From a virus (lineage: Duplodnaviria > Caudoviricetes): a DNA stretch of 36,829 nt. Made by a program: the position numbers and the translations under genes. The stretch is from IMG/VR virus record IMGVR_UViG_3300044517_000015, positions 1-36,829 of that record, one strand, 5' to 3'. Positions 7,076-17,581 of this stretch are shown piece by piece (position 1 is the first letter of the stretch; every line of letters begins with the position of its first letter). Below the pieces are notes generated by a model. It searched no databases and was not told where the DNA came from. It was given only the letters and a program-made list of their open reading frames with translations.

Positions 7076-9688
7076 TTAACGTCTGCGCATCTTGATCGGC
7101 CCCGCTTTTGCCGGGGCCGTTTCTTTTGCTTTCATGGCTTTTTTTATCTCTTGGTTTCGCGCTTCCACTCCCGTCGCTGCTTTTGTCTCCGCTTCCGATG
7201 CTCCCATCAGCTTGTTGAGCTGATGGCTCAGCTCCTCGACGCGCGGGCCTGTGGGCGCAGGAGCTCCTTCCCGGGGATGCGCCGCTCTCCACTCTTGTTG
7301 GACTTTTATGAATTCATCCACACCCATGTTCGGGTCGAGATTCTTGGCCTTGAAATCATTCCAGAACTGCTCGGTTTCTTTGGCATTAAATTTCGGAACT
7401 TTTCCCGCCTCAACTGCCTGTGCATACTCGCTCATCTTCCCCTGCTGTTCTGGCGTATAACGTGATGCGGCCTCCGCAGACATACCGCCCACCTTCGGCT
7501 GCTCGGCTGGCTTGGCCGCCGATCTCGTCCAGGCTCCCTGTTTCTGAGCAGGGGTCAGCTTGCGCCATTGTTCGGGAGTGTATTGAGGCCGCCAATTGGG
7601 ATCTTTCACCCATGGCGAGCGATCGGGGTGACCGGAAGGGCGATCTTCGCCATGGCGGAATGTTTCTTCTGCCGTGGGCGCAGCCCCCCCACCGCCTTTC
7701 GACTTGGGCGCGCGATCGAGTCCCTGAGTTCTTGCGTCGCGCCACGCCTGGGCCTGATCGCCCGCCGACATCTTGCCCCACTCCTCGGGAGAAAATTCCG
7801 AACGCAGAACATTTCCGACTCGCACCATCGGCGAGTAATCGCGTACCTCTTCTGCTGGTGGCTTCTCTGCTGCTGCCGGTGCTGCGGGAGCTGCGGCCTT
7901 CTCAGGCTGCATAGTTTCATAATCTTTTCGGCGTTGTTCAACCTCGGCTTCACGTTGGGCATCACGCGCACGTCCCTGTTTAATAGTTTCGGCAAGTGGA
8001 CTCTCTTCTCCTCCCGCTCGCCGGATAGCTTCTTCGGGCGTGATCTCTTCCTCCTGGCCTGTGGGCGCGCGCTCTTCGCCTCTGCCACTGATGACCGGCT
8101 CAGCCGTAGCCCGGGCTTGGCCTGCGGCTACGCGCGCCCGAGCCTTACGCACCACCAGCGGAACCTCTTCGCCTGAGGGAGTTTCTGGTATTACGATCGG
8201 TTGCCGCCCTCCAGGCGTTGCCGGGGCTGCTTGTGCCGCTGGTGTCGCAGGAGCTGCCGCTGGTCGGGCTTCCGGCGGAAGATCGCGTGGATTAATCTGT
8301 CCTTCGCTCATCGCGTTTGATGCCGCAACCATCGCGTCATCTTCACTGAGCCCGGTATCGCGCGCCTGGTTGTAATGGGTTTCAAACTGGTCGAAAGCCG
8401 CTTGCGATTCTGGGCTCGAGAATCCGCCGAACTCTTCGCCAGCCGCAGGGGCGCCGCCTTCGCCTCTGGTTATGAGCGCACCCAGAATTTGTAACGCCGG
8501 AATTCCATACTTGCCCGCCGCTTGAACATAAGGATTTTTGAGAGTGGGGAATTTCTCTTCGAGATCTCTGCCGATCTGCTGACCAAGACTCAGCTCTCTT
8601 CCCGCCTGGATCTCTTGCGAGTGCCTCTGCATATTGCGAAGCCATTCCGGGCCCCACAAAGGTAAGGGAAAACCCAATGCCCTGCGTTCTTCTTCCGAGC
8701 CAGGAACCGGGCGTTTTGGCGGTTCGCGATATTTCCCGGCGGCTTGCTGCTGAGTTTCCTGTTCGCGCATATAGCGCGCGCGATTCTCTTCGGTGTATCG
8801 CTGAAAACCTGGTGTTTCCTCCCGCTGCGGCTGTCCTCCTGGCTGCCATTCCGGCGATCCCATCTGTTGCATGACCTGGGCAAGGCCGGATTCTGCGGTA
8901 GCTTGCGCCTCTAGAGGATCAGTTTCTCCGTGATTGATCTGGTCATCGGCACCCGCGAGATGCCCATAGATATTCATCACCGCCTGCGCGTAAGCATTGC
9001 CCGCCTGAATATTGTGGTTGGCGTTGTAATGGAAGATCGCCTCGCGCATATTGCCGCCATGCTGATTTAACAGTTGGCGCAGTAACTTCGCCCCCATCCT
9101 GACATTCGTTTTGGCATCAAATGCCTGGTCAAATGGCAGTCCCTGCGGATTGTCCTGCGTCCTGGTCATGGCCTTCCAGGTTCCCGGGGTGAATTGCATG
9201 AGTCCCCGTTCGCCGCCCTGGCCTACCGCCTGCGGATTGAAGCTTGATTCCTTGGCCATGATTGCGGTTAAGAGTTTGGGCTCGATATTAAATTCATTAG
9301 CGGCATCGAGAATGCCCTGTTTGAGTTGAGCAGGCGCGCCGCCCAGATGACTATGCCGCTGGCCAGCTTCGCCTATTGCCGGTTCCCATGGCAGGCGCAT
9401 TCCGGTTGCGACATCCCAGGCATTCTGCGAACGAAACTCCTCCGTCCCGGGAATACGGGCGGCCAGAGCTTTGTCCATTATGTTTTGGACTGCACCGCCT
9501 ATGGTGCGAGTTATCGGGCCCGGGGAAGGAGTAGCTGCCTGCTGTTGCTGGGTGAAGAAATTAGCCGGTAGAGTTTGAGGCGGATCTGGGGCCGCCGGTT
9601 GAGACGGAGATTGAGCAAAGGCATTAGCTGGCAGGGTAGCTGGCGGCTGCGCTGCCGTTCCTTGCGGCTGATCCTGTCCATTGCTCAT
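7076..9688 (-). CDS. internal virion/ejection protein with lytic transglycosylase (SLT) domain
   Basis: AIMAKESSFNPQAVG..GERGLMQF...NVRMGAKLL...AIFHYN SLT motifs within low-complexity P/A/E/Q sequence. ATGA overlap at 9685-9688. Confidence 0.8.
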   Translation of the reverse strand: MSNGQDQPQGTAAQPPATLPANAFAQSPSQPAAPDPPQTLPANFFTQQQQAATPSPGPITRTIGGAVQNIMDKALAARIPGTEEFRSQNAWDVATGMRLPWEPAIGEAGQRHSHLGGAPAQLKQGILDAANEFNIEPKLLTAIMAKESSFNPQAVGQGGERGLMQFTPGTWKAMTRTQDNPQGLPFDQAFDAKTNVRMGAKLLRQLLNQHGGNMREAIFHYNANHNIQAGNAYAQAVMNIYGHLAGADDQINHGETDPLEAQATAESGLAQVMQQMGSPEWQPGGQPQREETPGFQRYTEENRARYMREQETQQQAAGKYREPPKRPVPGSEEERRALGFPLPLWGPEWLRNMQRHSQEIQAGRELSLGQQIGRDLEEKFPTLKNPYVQAAGKYGIPALQILGALITRGEGGAPAAGEEFGGFSSPESQAAFDQFETHYNQARDTGLSEDDAMVAASNAMSEGQINPRDLPPEARPAAAPATPAAQAAPATPGGRQPIVIPETPSGEEVPLVVRKARARVAAGQARATAEPVISGRGEERAPTGQEEEITPEEAIRRAGGEESPLAETIKQGRARDAQREAEVEQRRKDYETMQPEKAAAPAAPAAAEKPPAEEVRDYSPMVRVGNVLRSEFSPEEWGKMSAGDQAQAWRDARTQGLDRAPKSKGGGGAAPTAEETFRHGEDRPSGHPDRSPWVKDPNWRPQYTPEQWRKLTPAQKQGAWTRSAAKPAEQPKVGGMSAEAASRYTPEQQGKMSEYAQAVEAGKVPKFNAKETEQFWNDFKAKNLDPNMGVDEFIKVQQEWRAAHPREGAPAPTGPRVEELSHQLNKLMGASEAETKAATGVEARNQEIKKAMKAKETAPAKAGPIKMRRR
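7097..7127 (+). terminator. rho-independent terminator of the plus-strand module
   Basis: CGGCCCCG-N7-CGGGGCCG followed by TTTCTTTT, just after the stop at 7074. Confidence 0.65.
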
Positions 9689-11409
9689 TGCATTCGTCCC
9701 TGGCGCACCCATTGAGTGCCGTCGAATGTGTAAGTGTAATTCTGATAGATCCGGCTATCGCCTTTAGTCGGAGCTCCGGTCAAGGCCGGTTGTCCGGTCA
9801 TGTCTTCAAATTGTTTGCGGATCTGACTGGTGGTGGGCATCCCTGTCGGCAGGGGTATCGATTTCTCGACCATCTGAATGTTTTCGTTGAATTCATTCAA
9901 GCGGCGCGCGACATCCTGGGGATGGAAATCCGGGGTCAGTACTTGCTGTAACTCGATATCCATCTGTTCCTTGGTAAATCGCTGCGAGGCCAGGGCGCGC
10001 ATGTATCCGAGCATTGCCCCCCTGGTTCGCTGGTAACCGTCCAGCATGTCTTTGGCTTGATCCGATAAAACTCCATAGGCTTCCGCGCGCGCACCTCGAC
10101 TCAACGATTCCATTGCCGTACTTATCCCCGGGATGTCAATTTCCCCGCCTGGGCCAATCTGCACCTTGAGGTCGAACAGACCGGCCTTGTCGAGATAGGT
10201 TCTCATATTGGCGGAATCGCCAAACTTAGTGAGCGACGGATCTGGCACTCCATCTCGCGTCAATACATTGGTGGTCGCGTATTTGTTGGCGGCCTGAAAA
10301 TAGCGGCTTACGTTCAGTTGCGCATCATTCAAGACGCCCTGGCGGGCCATGGCGTCTTTCTTCTGCGGTTCCGTCCATTTGGTAAAGCTGGCTACCTGTC
10401 CCTTTCCGATCGCCTCTTGCCGGGTTCCTTCAATTGTCCTTCCAGTAGCCGCATCGTAATATGTCCCCGTATCCTGCAATCTTTCGGCTTCCTTGGTGGC
10501 CAGGTTCGAGACTCCGTTCTTGCGCATCGATTCCCGGGTCGCGAAAAAGTCTTTCACGTTCATGCCCGCATGTCCCATGAGGGTGCCGATCTCCCATTGG
10601 CCGGTCGCCGGATCGAGATAGGGATAATTGATCGGCGTGTCTTTACTGAGAGTGGCATTGGGATCTACTTTCACCACCTGCCAATCCTTTACCTTCCCAT
10701 CGGCATCGTGGGTATAAGGCATGGCCCAATACTGTCCCTGAAAGTTCGGGTCTTTCATCATCAGATCGTGCTGCATGTCGGTTGCCTGCTTGCGCGCATC
10801 CGCTCCCGACATGGTTGCCATACGGGTCGCCCAGCCCTGCTCGAGTCCTGTCTTCACCGTATTCACATCATCCAGCGTCATGTTGCCTACGAGAGCATCA
10901 TCGAGCTGCATACTCATCATGTGGTATTGCTTCTGATTCATGTAGGACTGAGCCATCAATGCCTTGTCCTGCTCGACCTTCGACAACGAGTCCCACATCT
11001 GCTGCTGCTGTTGCTGCTTGTAGAGCGCGATGTTCCCGGGCTGCGCATTCACCAAGCCCTGAGCAAACAGCGAACCTGGCGCCCCGTACAATGGCGCATT
11101 TGCCTGGGCCCGCATTCCGGCTCCCAGGCCATCGAGTAACACGCCAGTAAGTCCGGTAAGCAAGCCACCGTGCCGTTGCGCCTGCTGACTGAGCGTAGGC
11201 TGGGCCATCGGTTGCGCCATCGGCATCCGAGTCATGGTCTGCGGCGGGGGGAATTGCGGCATCTGCTGCGGAGTCGCACCCGGCGGCACACCCATAGGGG
11301 GCATCGGCATACCGCCGCCTTCTAGCGGCTGCTGCGCCTGAGCCAGCGGATCGAAATCCGGCGGCTGCCCTGTACCTTGCTCTACGTCCAATGCGTCGTC
11401 GTCTGGCAT
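9685..11409 (-). CDS. putative ejection (DNA transfer) protein
   Basis: 574 aa with a Q/P/G/M-rich N-terminus; lies between the nozzle and SLT genes. Confidence 0.55.
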   Translation of the reverse strand: MPDDDALDVEQGTGQPPDFDPLAQAQQPLEGGGMPMPPMGVPPGATPQQMPQFPPPQTMTRMPMAQPMAQPTLSQQAQRHGGLLTGLTGVLLDGLGAGMRAQANAPLYGAPGSLFAQGLVNAQPGNIALYKQQQQQQMWDSLSKVEQDKALMAQSYMNQKQYHMMSMQLDDALVGNMTLDDVNTVKTGLEQGWATRMATMSGADARKQATDMQHDLMMKDPNFQGQYWAMPYTHDADGKVKDWQVVKVDPNATLSKDTPINYPYLDPATGQWEIGTLMGHAGMNVKDFFATRESMRKNGVSNLATKEAERLQDTGTYYDAATGRTIEGTRQEAIGKGQVASFTKWTEPQKKDAMARQGVLNDAQLNVSRYFQAANKYATTNVLTRDGVPDPSLTKFGDSANMRTYLDKAGLFDLKVQIGPGGEIDIPGISTAMESLSRGARAEAYGVLSDQAKDMLDGYQRTRGAMLGYMRALASQRFTKEQMDIELQQVLTPDFHPQDVARRLNEFNENIQMVEKSIPLPTGMPTTSQIRKQFEDMTGQPALTGAPTKGDSRIYQNYTYTFDGTQWVRQGRMQ

Positions 11410-12329
11410 TAGCTGAATCCTGGTAACCCGGCGAAGATGCCCCCGGGGAATTGTGCCGGTATTCCCGAAAGCGGCGAGTTAGGCCCCACAGTCGGAAGCG
11501 GATTCGGGTTCACGTTATAAGCTCCAGGATTGGGCGTATTCCATGCCGCATCCCCGCCGCCTGGTTGCTGGAACATACCGGCGAATGGACTTGAACCACC
11601 ACCGCCGCCGCCAGCGCCACTTATCCCTCCACCTACCGCGCTCATAATCGGCCCCAGGATCGGGCCGATCCCCGGGATCATGGTTGCCAGCGGGCCGAGC
11701 GCTCCCAATATCCCGCCGAGTATCCCGGAAGTTGGTGATTGCTGACCATAGAAACTCTTTGCCTGCTGTCCCTCCATGCCGGTCAAGTTGGCGGCGAGCT
11801 GGGCGGACTGCGGGAGCTGGCCGAGCGCCTGCTCGGCGCCCTGCAGTCCACTAAGTCCAAATTCACGTTGCTGCGCCTGCTCCTGGGCGTTCTGAATATT
11901 GATGGTATTGAGCCCCTGCGCTTCCTGGCCCGCTGCGGTCTGCCGCGCGGCGGCAACCAGTGCCGCTTCGGGCCCCGAGCCCAGGCCCGCCATGTTTTGC
12001 GTGGCAAATTGGTTCTGCAGGTTCCCCACCTGGCTCGAGAGCTGCGAACCTATATTGCCGATCAAGCCACTTCTCATGCTGGCAAGCGCCGTGGCGCCGA
12101 AACCAGGAGGGTTATTCACGAAACTTTCTAACTGGGGAATGAGAAAGTTATTCAGTAGTCCCTGCTGCTCTCTAAACTGGAGATTCATCCAGTTGTTCAT
12201 GTTCGAGAGCTCATACCCTAATTGGTTCCAGGCGGTCGTCTCGGGCCCGGTCATGTAGCAATAACCGTCGTATGCGGCGTACCCCTCGCCGCCCCAGTTG
12301 AGTTTCGCAAGTGTTTCTTGGAGCGTCAT
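11409..12329 (-). CDS. putative ejection/pilot protein
   Basis: Q/A-rich helical region followed by a Gly-rich hydrophobic stretch (GILGGILGALGPLATMIPGIGPILGPI). Confidence 0.55.
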   Translation of the reverse strand: MTLQETLAKLNWGGEGYAAYDGYCYMTGPETTAWNQLGYELSNMNNWMNLQFREQQGLLNNFLIPQLESFVNNPPGFGATALASMRSGLIGNIGSQLSSQVGNLQNQFATQNMAGLGSGPEAALVAAARQTAAGQEAQGLNTINIQNAQEQAQQREFGLSGLQGAEQALGQLPQSAQLAANLTGMEGQQAKSFYGQQSPTSGILGGILGALGPLATMIPGIGPILGPIMSAVGGGISGAGGGGGGSSPFAGMFQQPGGGDAAWNTPNPGAYNVNPNPLPTVGPNSPLSGIPAQFPGGIFAGLPGFS

Positions 12330-12964
12330 ACTGCCCTCAGATTGCTGGCCTGAAATGTACGGTTATTCTCAAAAGCCGTAACCGTGATGTTATTCACCGT
12401 TCTCCAGCGCAGATCGTAGACATGATATTTACGCAGAGCGGCGCCGGTATCCACGTAAGTCCCCGAAACCAGGCTCTGCACATTGCCGCCGCCCGTCAGT
12501 TGGCGATACTCCTGCGAAATCTTCTGCCCGTCACGAAAGACGGCGAATGCGGGCGACGCTTGCGTAGCCGTCGAGATCAAAACCGTAAACGTCACCTGGA
12601 CTTCGGAGTCGACAAACAGGCTCTGCGCCATATTGGGCACTACTCTGAAGTTGCCAAGCGCGGTCACCGGATTCATGGCCTTCCCCGATGGCGAGACGAT
12701 CGTAGGCGAGACAAACCTGGTGGCTGCGCTCGAGCGCACCGTGTTTACTGTCTCGGCAGTTACGCCGATCGAAGGGATGTTCCACCCGGCGCGCCTGCCG
12801 GTCGATTGCGAGGCGAAGGCATAGTCGATGTGGGTCAACTGATCCCAGGTATCAAGGCTCGAGACGATCGGGCGCGCCACGATGTCGGGCTGGATATTCG
12901 CCCCGTTCATCTGGGTTTCATCCGGCTGCACGATGCGCGCGTTCGAGTTGAAGTTAGTCGCCAT
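12326..12964 (-). CDS. putative tail protein
   Basis: TAATG overlap with the upstream stop; beta-rich C-terminal half. Confidence 0.5.
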   Translation of the reverse strand: MATNFNSNARIVQPDETQMNGANIQPDIVARPIVSSLDTWDQLTHIDYAFASQSTGRRAGWNIPSIGVTAETVNTVRSSAATRFVSPTIVSPSGKAMNPVTALGNFRVVPNMAQSLFVDSEVQVTFTVLISTATQASPAFAVFRDGQKISQEYRQLTGGGNVQSLVSGTYVDTGAALRKYHVYDLRWRTVNNITVTAFENNRTFQASNLRAV

Positions 12965-15933
12965 TACCTTCCCTGGATCTGGGGCAGTTGCCCCGCTTGG
13001 CCGAGCGACGATCCGCCGGTGGTTTGCGTCCCGCCTAATGTCCACGCGAAAAGCTGGTCAGGATTCCCATCAGCACTAAAATCAATGCGCAGAAAAACAA
13101 AATTGGCATATTCGGAGTAAGTGGTATTTTTCCAGGTGTAGCGGTTGGCCTGATAGCTCAGGCTGGGCGTTGCCGAGAGCTCCGGTGGCTCGCTCGAGGT
13201 GATGCCGAGCAACTGAAACTGATTGGCCGCCATGGGCACGATCTCATTGGGCAGAATGCTCGCGAACTTGACGGTATCGGTCGAGGCGGTCGCAATTACT
13301 ATGTCGCGCATCTGCGCGAGGGTCAGAAAATCGGCCACCGGGATCGGCCCGAAGATCACATTGCAGGCGTAGCCGAAACCCTCATCGCGAAAGCTTGTCA
13401 GATCCCTGAAGGTAATCGTCTGATTGACAGCAGGCTTCCCTCGCCATAATTGCCAGATCCCGGGCATGACTTCCATCGACTTGATCGCGCCCACCCCGCC
13501 GATCGGCGCCTGGATGGTGGCCCAGGCTTGCAGCTCCAAATTGTAGGGATAGATGAAGGTTGAGCCATCCGATACCAGAAGCCAATTCTCGGTTGCCGTG
13601 AAGCGATACTGCGCAACATAAGCCAGCGAGGGATCTACCGCCTGGATGCGATCGGCGATATTCTGGCTGATCGAGGTAAGGCCATTCGGATTGATAAGCA
13701 GTAACTGCCGGTCGGTCGTATACAAATAAATATTCGAGCCATCGGTATCGGCTGCCGTCCAGGTTCTCATGCCAATGTCGAGCATAAAGTCATTGACAGT
13801 AAAGCTTGCCGTCGAAAACCCGCGCACGATGTAGATGTTATCGGTGCCGATGATAATCATCCCATTCGGAGTCGAGAACTTGCGGATGATCTGACCGCCT
13901 GGGATGGTGAACACATAGGGCGGGAACCAGGACTCCTCGCCCGATCCCATGGTGACATCGGGCCCCGAGGCAAAGAACAGGCGATTGCCCTGGTGCATCC
14001 ACAGACGCCCGCCGAACCAGACAGGATCGGTCGCGCCGAGCACTGGCGGATCGTTGAAGAAGGGCAGGGGCGCGATGTTCGCTAGCTGCAAGGCATCGTC
14101 ATCGGCGGTATCGATGATGGTGTGCGAGGGCGGGCCTGCGCCACCCGAGCCGTCGTCTGAGTTTGGGATCGGCGAGTTAGGCAGCTCGAAGAACGGAGTA
14201 CCGCCGCCATCGGTCGTCCTGAACACATGGATCTCGTTCACCTGGGGATCGGGAGATACGCGCACCACAATGCCGAATTGTGAAGGAGTGGTGAATGGGC
14301 CAAGCAGGGGCGAGGCGAAGCTCGGGCTCGAAATGTGGCCCGAAGTACTATTGCCATAACAATAGACCCACTGGAAACCGGTCTGCGCCGTGGTGCCGTT
14401 GGGATCGGCGGTCACATTGATTGTGTCTGGGCCATCACCGATAAAAAAGACATTCACCAGCACACTCTGGATCGAAAAGTTGGCATTGACCGCAGAATTA
14501 TTGACTGCCTGAATGCTTACCCCGAAGTCCACCTCGTTTATCTGCGAAGGGCTCCAGTTGGCATTCCAGAGATCATTCGATCCGCCGAGCACCACCGTGC
14601 CGACATTCGAAGGCAGGGTAATGAACCTGGTCGGGCCTATGACCTGGCCATGGCGGGTGAGGGCTACATTGAGGCCGATCCCATCGCCCTGGCTCTCCAT
14701 GCCGGTGATATTTACCTGGATGCCGGTCACATGATTGTCGGGCGCTGTCGCTAAACCGAATCCATAAGTGCGGAAGAAAAGATTGTCAGAGACGAGCGGC
14801 TGCGAATCGGCGGGGATCGAATAGAAGACCGTGAGCCGAACCACATCGATCCCCATCACGATCTGAAAATCCGTAGGATTACTTACAACGATCTCCAGGC
14901 CAAATTCGGGATTGTTGATATCCCCTACCGTCCAAGTCGTTCCCCACAGATCAGTCGCGCCGCCGGAGGTAAAATCCGCATCGCCCACGAAGGTTTGGCT
15001 GCCCCGGTTCGCGCCTATCGCCGTTCCCGCCTTCATCAACTGGAATACCGGCAACTGAAACGTAAGATTGCCGCTCGGCGCGAAGCGGTTCGAGAGGAAT
15101 GCTTCCGCCTGGATGCCTTCCACCACCGCATTTGCCGGGAGCAGGAAATTAAAACCCATGGCCTTGAAGACTGGGCTGTTCGATTGCGGATCGAGGCTGA
15201 CGGTTGAAAAATTGCCATCCTGAACTGCCGTATTCTGCATGTGTTGCCACATGCCTTCCCAGGCGGTGGGCGGGCTGGGGCCTTGCGTGGCGGCGCCCAG
15301 GTTGCGCGAGAGGCTTACCGTCGATGGCGGGCCTATAGTCCATGCCACGCCTTCGCTCGAAGGCAGTTGCATGTCCTGGATATTTGCCGGTGAGTTAAAG
15401 CCGGTCTGATTGGCGGACGCAAATACATCGATACCCCATTTGGTTATCCCCTGCGCGCCCGCTGGCGAGTCCCACTTATTCATGAAGCTTTCATTTGCTA
15501 TGTATAAGTAGGCCCCGACTTGCGCGAAAGTAGACAAGCCAGGAGTAGGCTTCATGTTGGTGCGGCTAAGATCGGGCAGGATAAATACCAGGGGAACCGG
15601 CGCCGCCGAGCTATTCGAAACGATCTGCACGATCTGCTCGGTCGAATCCACCATGTTGTAGACCTGGCCTGGGAAATTACCCGGCTTGAAGGTGAAAAAG
15701 TTGATGGGCCTGCCGTTGACCGGGGTGGAATTGACCGAGGAGTAGCCCGGTCGCCGGTTGAGCGTCAGCCGATTCGATGGTTCCATATTCAGGCCATCCT
15801 GAATCGCATCGTAAAGCTCGATGATGCGCCGCCCCATGGTGCGGATGGGCACGATGAGCGGATTTCTGTAGCTGTACCATCCCGTATAAAATCGCGAAAT
15901 CTGCAGCGGTGCTGCTTCACTGATATGTGCCAT
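12964..15933 (-). CDS. tail nozzle / head-stabilisation protein (P22 gp10-like role)
   Basis: 989 aa and beta-rich, with N-terminal NME...L.RRPG and GRLW...RLFFAS...ESW motifs; podoviral gene order. Confidence 0.65.
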   Translation of the reverse strand: MAHISEAAPLQISRFYTGWYSYRNPLIVPIRTMGRRIIELYDAIQDGLNMEPSNRLTLNRRPGYSSVNSTPVNGRPINFFTFKPGNFPGQVYNMVDSTEQIVQIVSNSSAAPVPLVFILPDLSRTNMKPTPGLSTFAQVGAYLYIANESFMNKWDSPAGAQGITKWGIDVFASANQTGFNSPANIQDMQLPSSEGVAWTIGPPSTVSLSRNLGAATQGPSPPTAWEGMWQHMQNTAVQDGNFSTVSLDPQSNSPVFKAMGFNFLLPANAVVEGIQAEAFLSNRFAPSGNLTFQLPVFQLMKAGTAIGANRGSQTFVGDADFTSGGATDLWGTTWTVGDINNPEFGLEIVVSNPTDFQIVMGIDVVRLTVFYSIPADSQPLVSDNLFFRTYGFGLATAPDNHVTGIQVNITGMESQGDGIGLNVALTRHGQVIGPTRFITLPSNVGTVVLGGSNDLWNANWSPSQINEVDFGVSIQAVNNSAVNANFSIQSVLVNVFFIGDGPDTINVTADPNGTTAQTGFQWVYCYGNSTSGHISSPSFASPLLGPFTTPSQFGIVVRVSPDPQVNEIHVFRTTDGGGTPFFELPNSPIPNSDDGSGGAGPPSHTIIDTADDDALQLANIAPLPFFNDPPVLGATDPVWFGGRLWMHQGNRLFFASGPDVTMGSGEESWFPPYVFTIPGGQIIRKFSTPNGMIIIGTDNIYIVRGFSTASFTVNDFMLDIGMRTWTAADTDGSNIYLYTTDRQLLLINPNGLTSISQNIADRIQAVDPSLAYVAQYRFTATENWLLVSDGSTFIYPYNLELQAWATIQAPIGGVGAIKSMEVMPGIWQLWRGKPAVNQTITFRDLTSFRDEGFGYACNVIFGPIPVADFLTLAQMRDIVIATASTDTVKFASILPNEIVPMAANQFQLLGITSSEPPELSATPSLSYQANRYTWKNTTYSEYANFVFLRIDFSADGNPDQLFAWTLGGTQTTGGSSLGQAGQLPQIQGR

Positions 15934-17043
15934 CTATGCCAGAGTTGCGAGTAACGTAATGCCCACGCTATGCGCCGTGGGATCTGCGCCCGAAGTAACA
16001 AACATGTCGATTGCGTCACCTGGAGCCAGAGTAAAAGGACTAGCCGTCCCAAAGGTCGCCGTCTGATTGACGTTCAAGGTTATGGTTCCGATCGTGGTTG
16101 CCGCACCTACCAGCGGAATCAAATCAACCTGCACCACTACGGGAGCAGTGGGCGCACCAAAGATGCGCGCGAAGCTCCCCACGAAGTTGCCGGGAAATGC
16201 CAGAGCCTGCGCCGCCACATACAAGTCCGAGCTATCAGCCGCATTGCCAGGAGGTGTCAGCAGCTTGAATGGAGCAGCGACTTGAGTGGTTACTCCTGGG
16301 GTTGAAGTACCCAGGAAATTGACCGCCGCAGAGTGAGCCGTAGCATCAGCCGCAGAGGTAATGAAGAGATCGAGCGCATCGCCGGGATTCATGGTGAAAC
16401 CCGGGCTTGCGCCGATCGTGACCGTCTGATTAGTATTGAAGGTAATGGTGGTCAAGGTCGATGCTGCCCCGGTAAGCGGCACGAGATCGAGCTGGGCGGT
16501 AATCGGGTTGGTCGGGGCCCCGAAGATGCGCCCGAAGCTCCCCAGGAAATTTGCCGGGAAGCTGAGCGACTGGACGGCGACAAACAAATCCGAGCTGTCG
16601 CCGGATGCGTTCGGAGGAGTGAGCAGTTTCAACTGCGCAGTCGCCGCCACCAGTGGCCCGGGAGGGCCAGGAGGGCCTTGCGGGCCAACCGGCCCCTGCG
16701 GCCCGGGAGGGCCTTGCGGCCCAGGCGGCCCGGGGACGCCCTGCACCTGAATCGCGCCCGGTATATTGACCGGCGAGTCACCGCAGATCGAAGAGAGGCG
16801 GGGCCCGAACACCAGGGTATTGAACTGATCGGTGACGATGATCTGATACTGCGAGCCCTGGAACATCAACTCATCGTTGCCCCATATGCGCGTGTCGTCG
16901 GGAATAATGCCGCTTGAATCGAGCGGTATCACATACAATCGGGGCGCATTGCGGGTCGAGCCGCCTATCAGCGACTGCTTGTCGAGCATAAGCGTCAGCT
17001 CGCCGTTAGCTGCGTTTGGGAACTGTCCCGTTATTACTTTCAT
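15934..17043 (-). CDS. collagen-like fibre protein with duplicated C-terminal domain
   Basis: 10 Gly-X-Y triplets (16651-16740) followed by two ~110-aa repeats, each starting KLLTPP. Confidence 0.75.
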   Translation of the reverse strand: MKVITGQFPNAANGELTLMLDKQSLIGGSTRNAPRLYVIPLDSSGIIPDDTRIWGNDELMFQGSQYQIIVTDQFNTLVFGPRLSSICGDSPVNIPGAIQVQGVPGPPGPQGPPGPQGPVGPQGPPGPPGPLVAATAQLKLLTPPNASGDSSDLFVAVQSLSFPANFLGSFGRIFGAPTNPITAQLDLVPLTGAASTLTTITFNTNQTVTIGASPGFTMNPGDALDLFITSAADATAHSAAVNFLGTSTPGVTTQVAAPFKLLTPPGNAADSSDLYVAAQALAFPGNFVGSFARIFGAPTAPVVVQVDLIPLVGAATTIGTITLNVNQTATFGTASPFTLAPGDAIDMFVTSGADPTAHSVGITLLATLA

Positions 17044-17575
17044 CGCGTTTCACCAAATTGACCTGCAGGTCACTTACCGCATTGACGTAGTGCCGGATAT
17101 AGAACTGCTGAGTTTCCTGACTCTTCTGGGCGGTTTCCATGTCGAGTATGTAGCCGTAGTTGAAATCGAAATCGCATTTGCCCAGGTAATGCGTGAGCTT
17201 GTTCTGCACCCGCCAGTCCTTGTTGAAGTAGAGAAACGAATTCTCAACCAGCGGCGGCCACTGATGCGTGGGATCTTGGATCGCGCGAGGACTCGACCAA
17301 TAGGGGGTGACGATGGTCGCCTTGCCGCCAGGAATCAGGATGCGATAGAGTTCATCCATCCACTTGATGCGCAGGGGGCCGGGAACATGCTCCAGGAAAT
17401 GGGAACAGAACACTTCTTCAGTGCTAGCGTCTTTGAAGGGCCAGGGAAATTTCATAAGATCGACCTGGTAATCAGCAGCAGCGAAAAGATCGACCCCAAG
17501 AAAGCCTTCTCTTTTATTCTCTCCACAGCCAAGATCGAGCTTGAGAGGCGGGGCTTTACCGTTAAGTTTTTTCAT
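17006..17575 (-). CDS. class I SAM-dependent methyltransferase
   Basis: LDLGCG motif [18 protein letters not shown] and DPTH motifs. Confidence 0.9.
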   Translation of the reverse strand: MKKLNGKAPPLKLDLGCGENKREGFLGVDLFAAADYQVDLMKFPWPFKDASTEEVFCSHFLEHVPGPLRIKWMDELYRILIPGGKATIVTPYWSSPRAIQDPTHQWPPLVENSFLYFNKDWRVQNKLTHYLGKCDFDFNYGYILDMETAQKSQETQQFYIRHYVNAVSDLQVNLVKRDESNNGTVPKRS

Positions 17576-17581
17576 GACAGT

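Noticed and set aside
7076-9688. SLT protein as the endolysin
   Set aside because: The domain sits in an 870-aa low-complexity protein at the end of the virion module, which fits an ejection protein. No lysis cassette was identified in the window.
15937-16630. Duplicated fibre tip as a DGR template/variable repeat pair
   Set aside because: Both copies are in-frame within one ORF, differences are not adenine-specific, and no reverse transcriptase is in the window.
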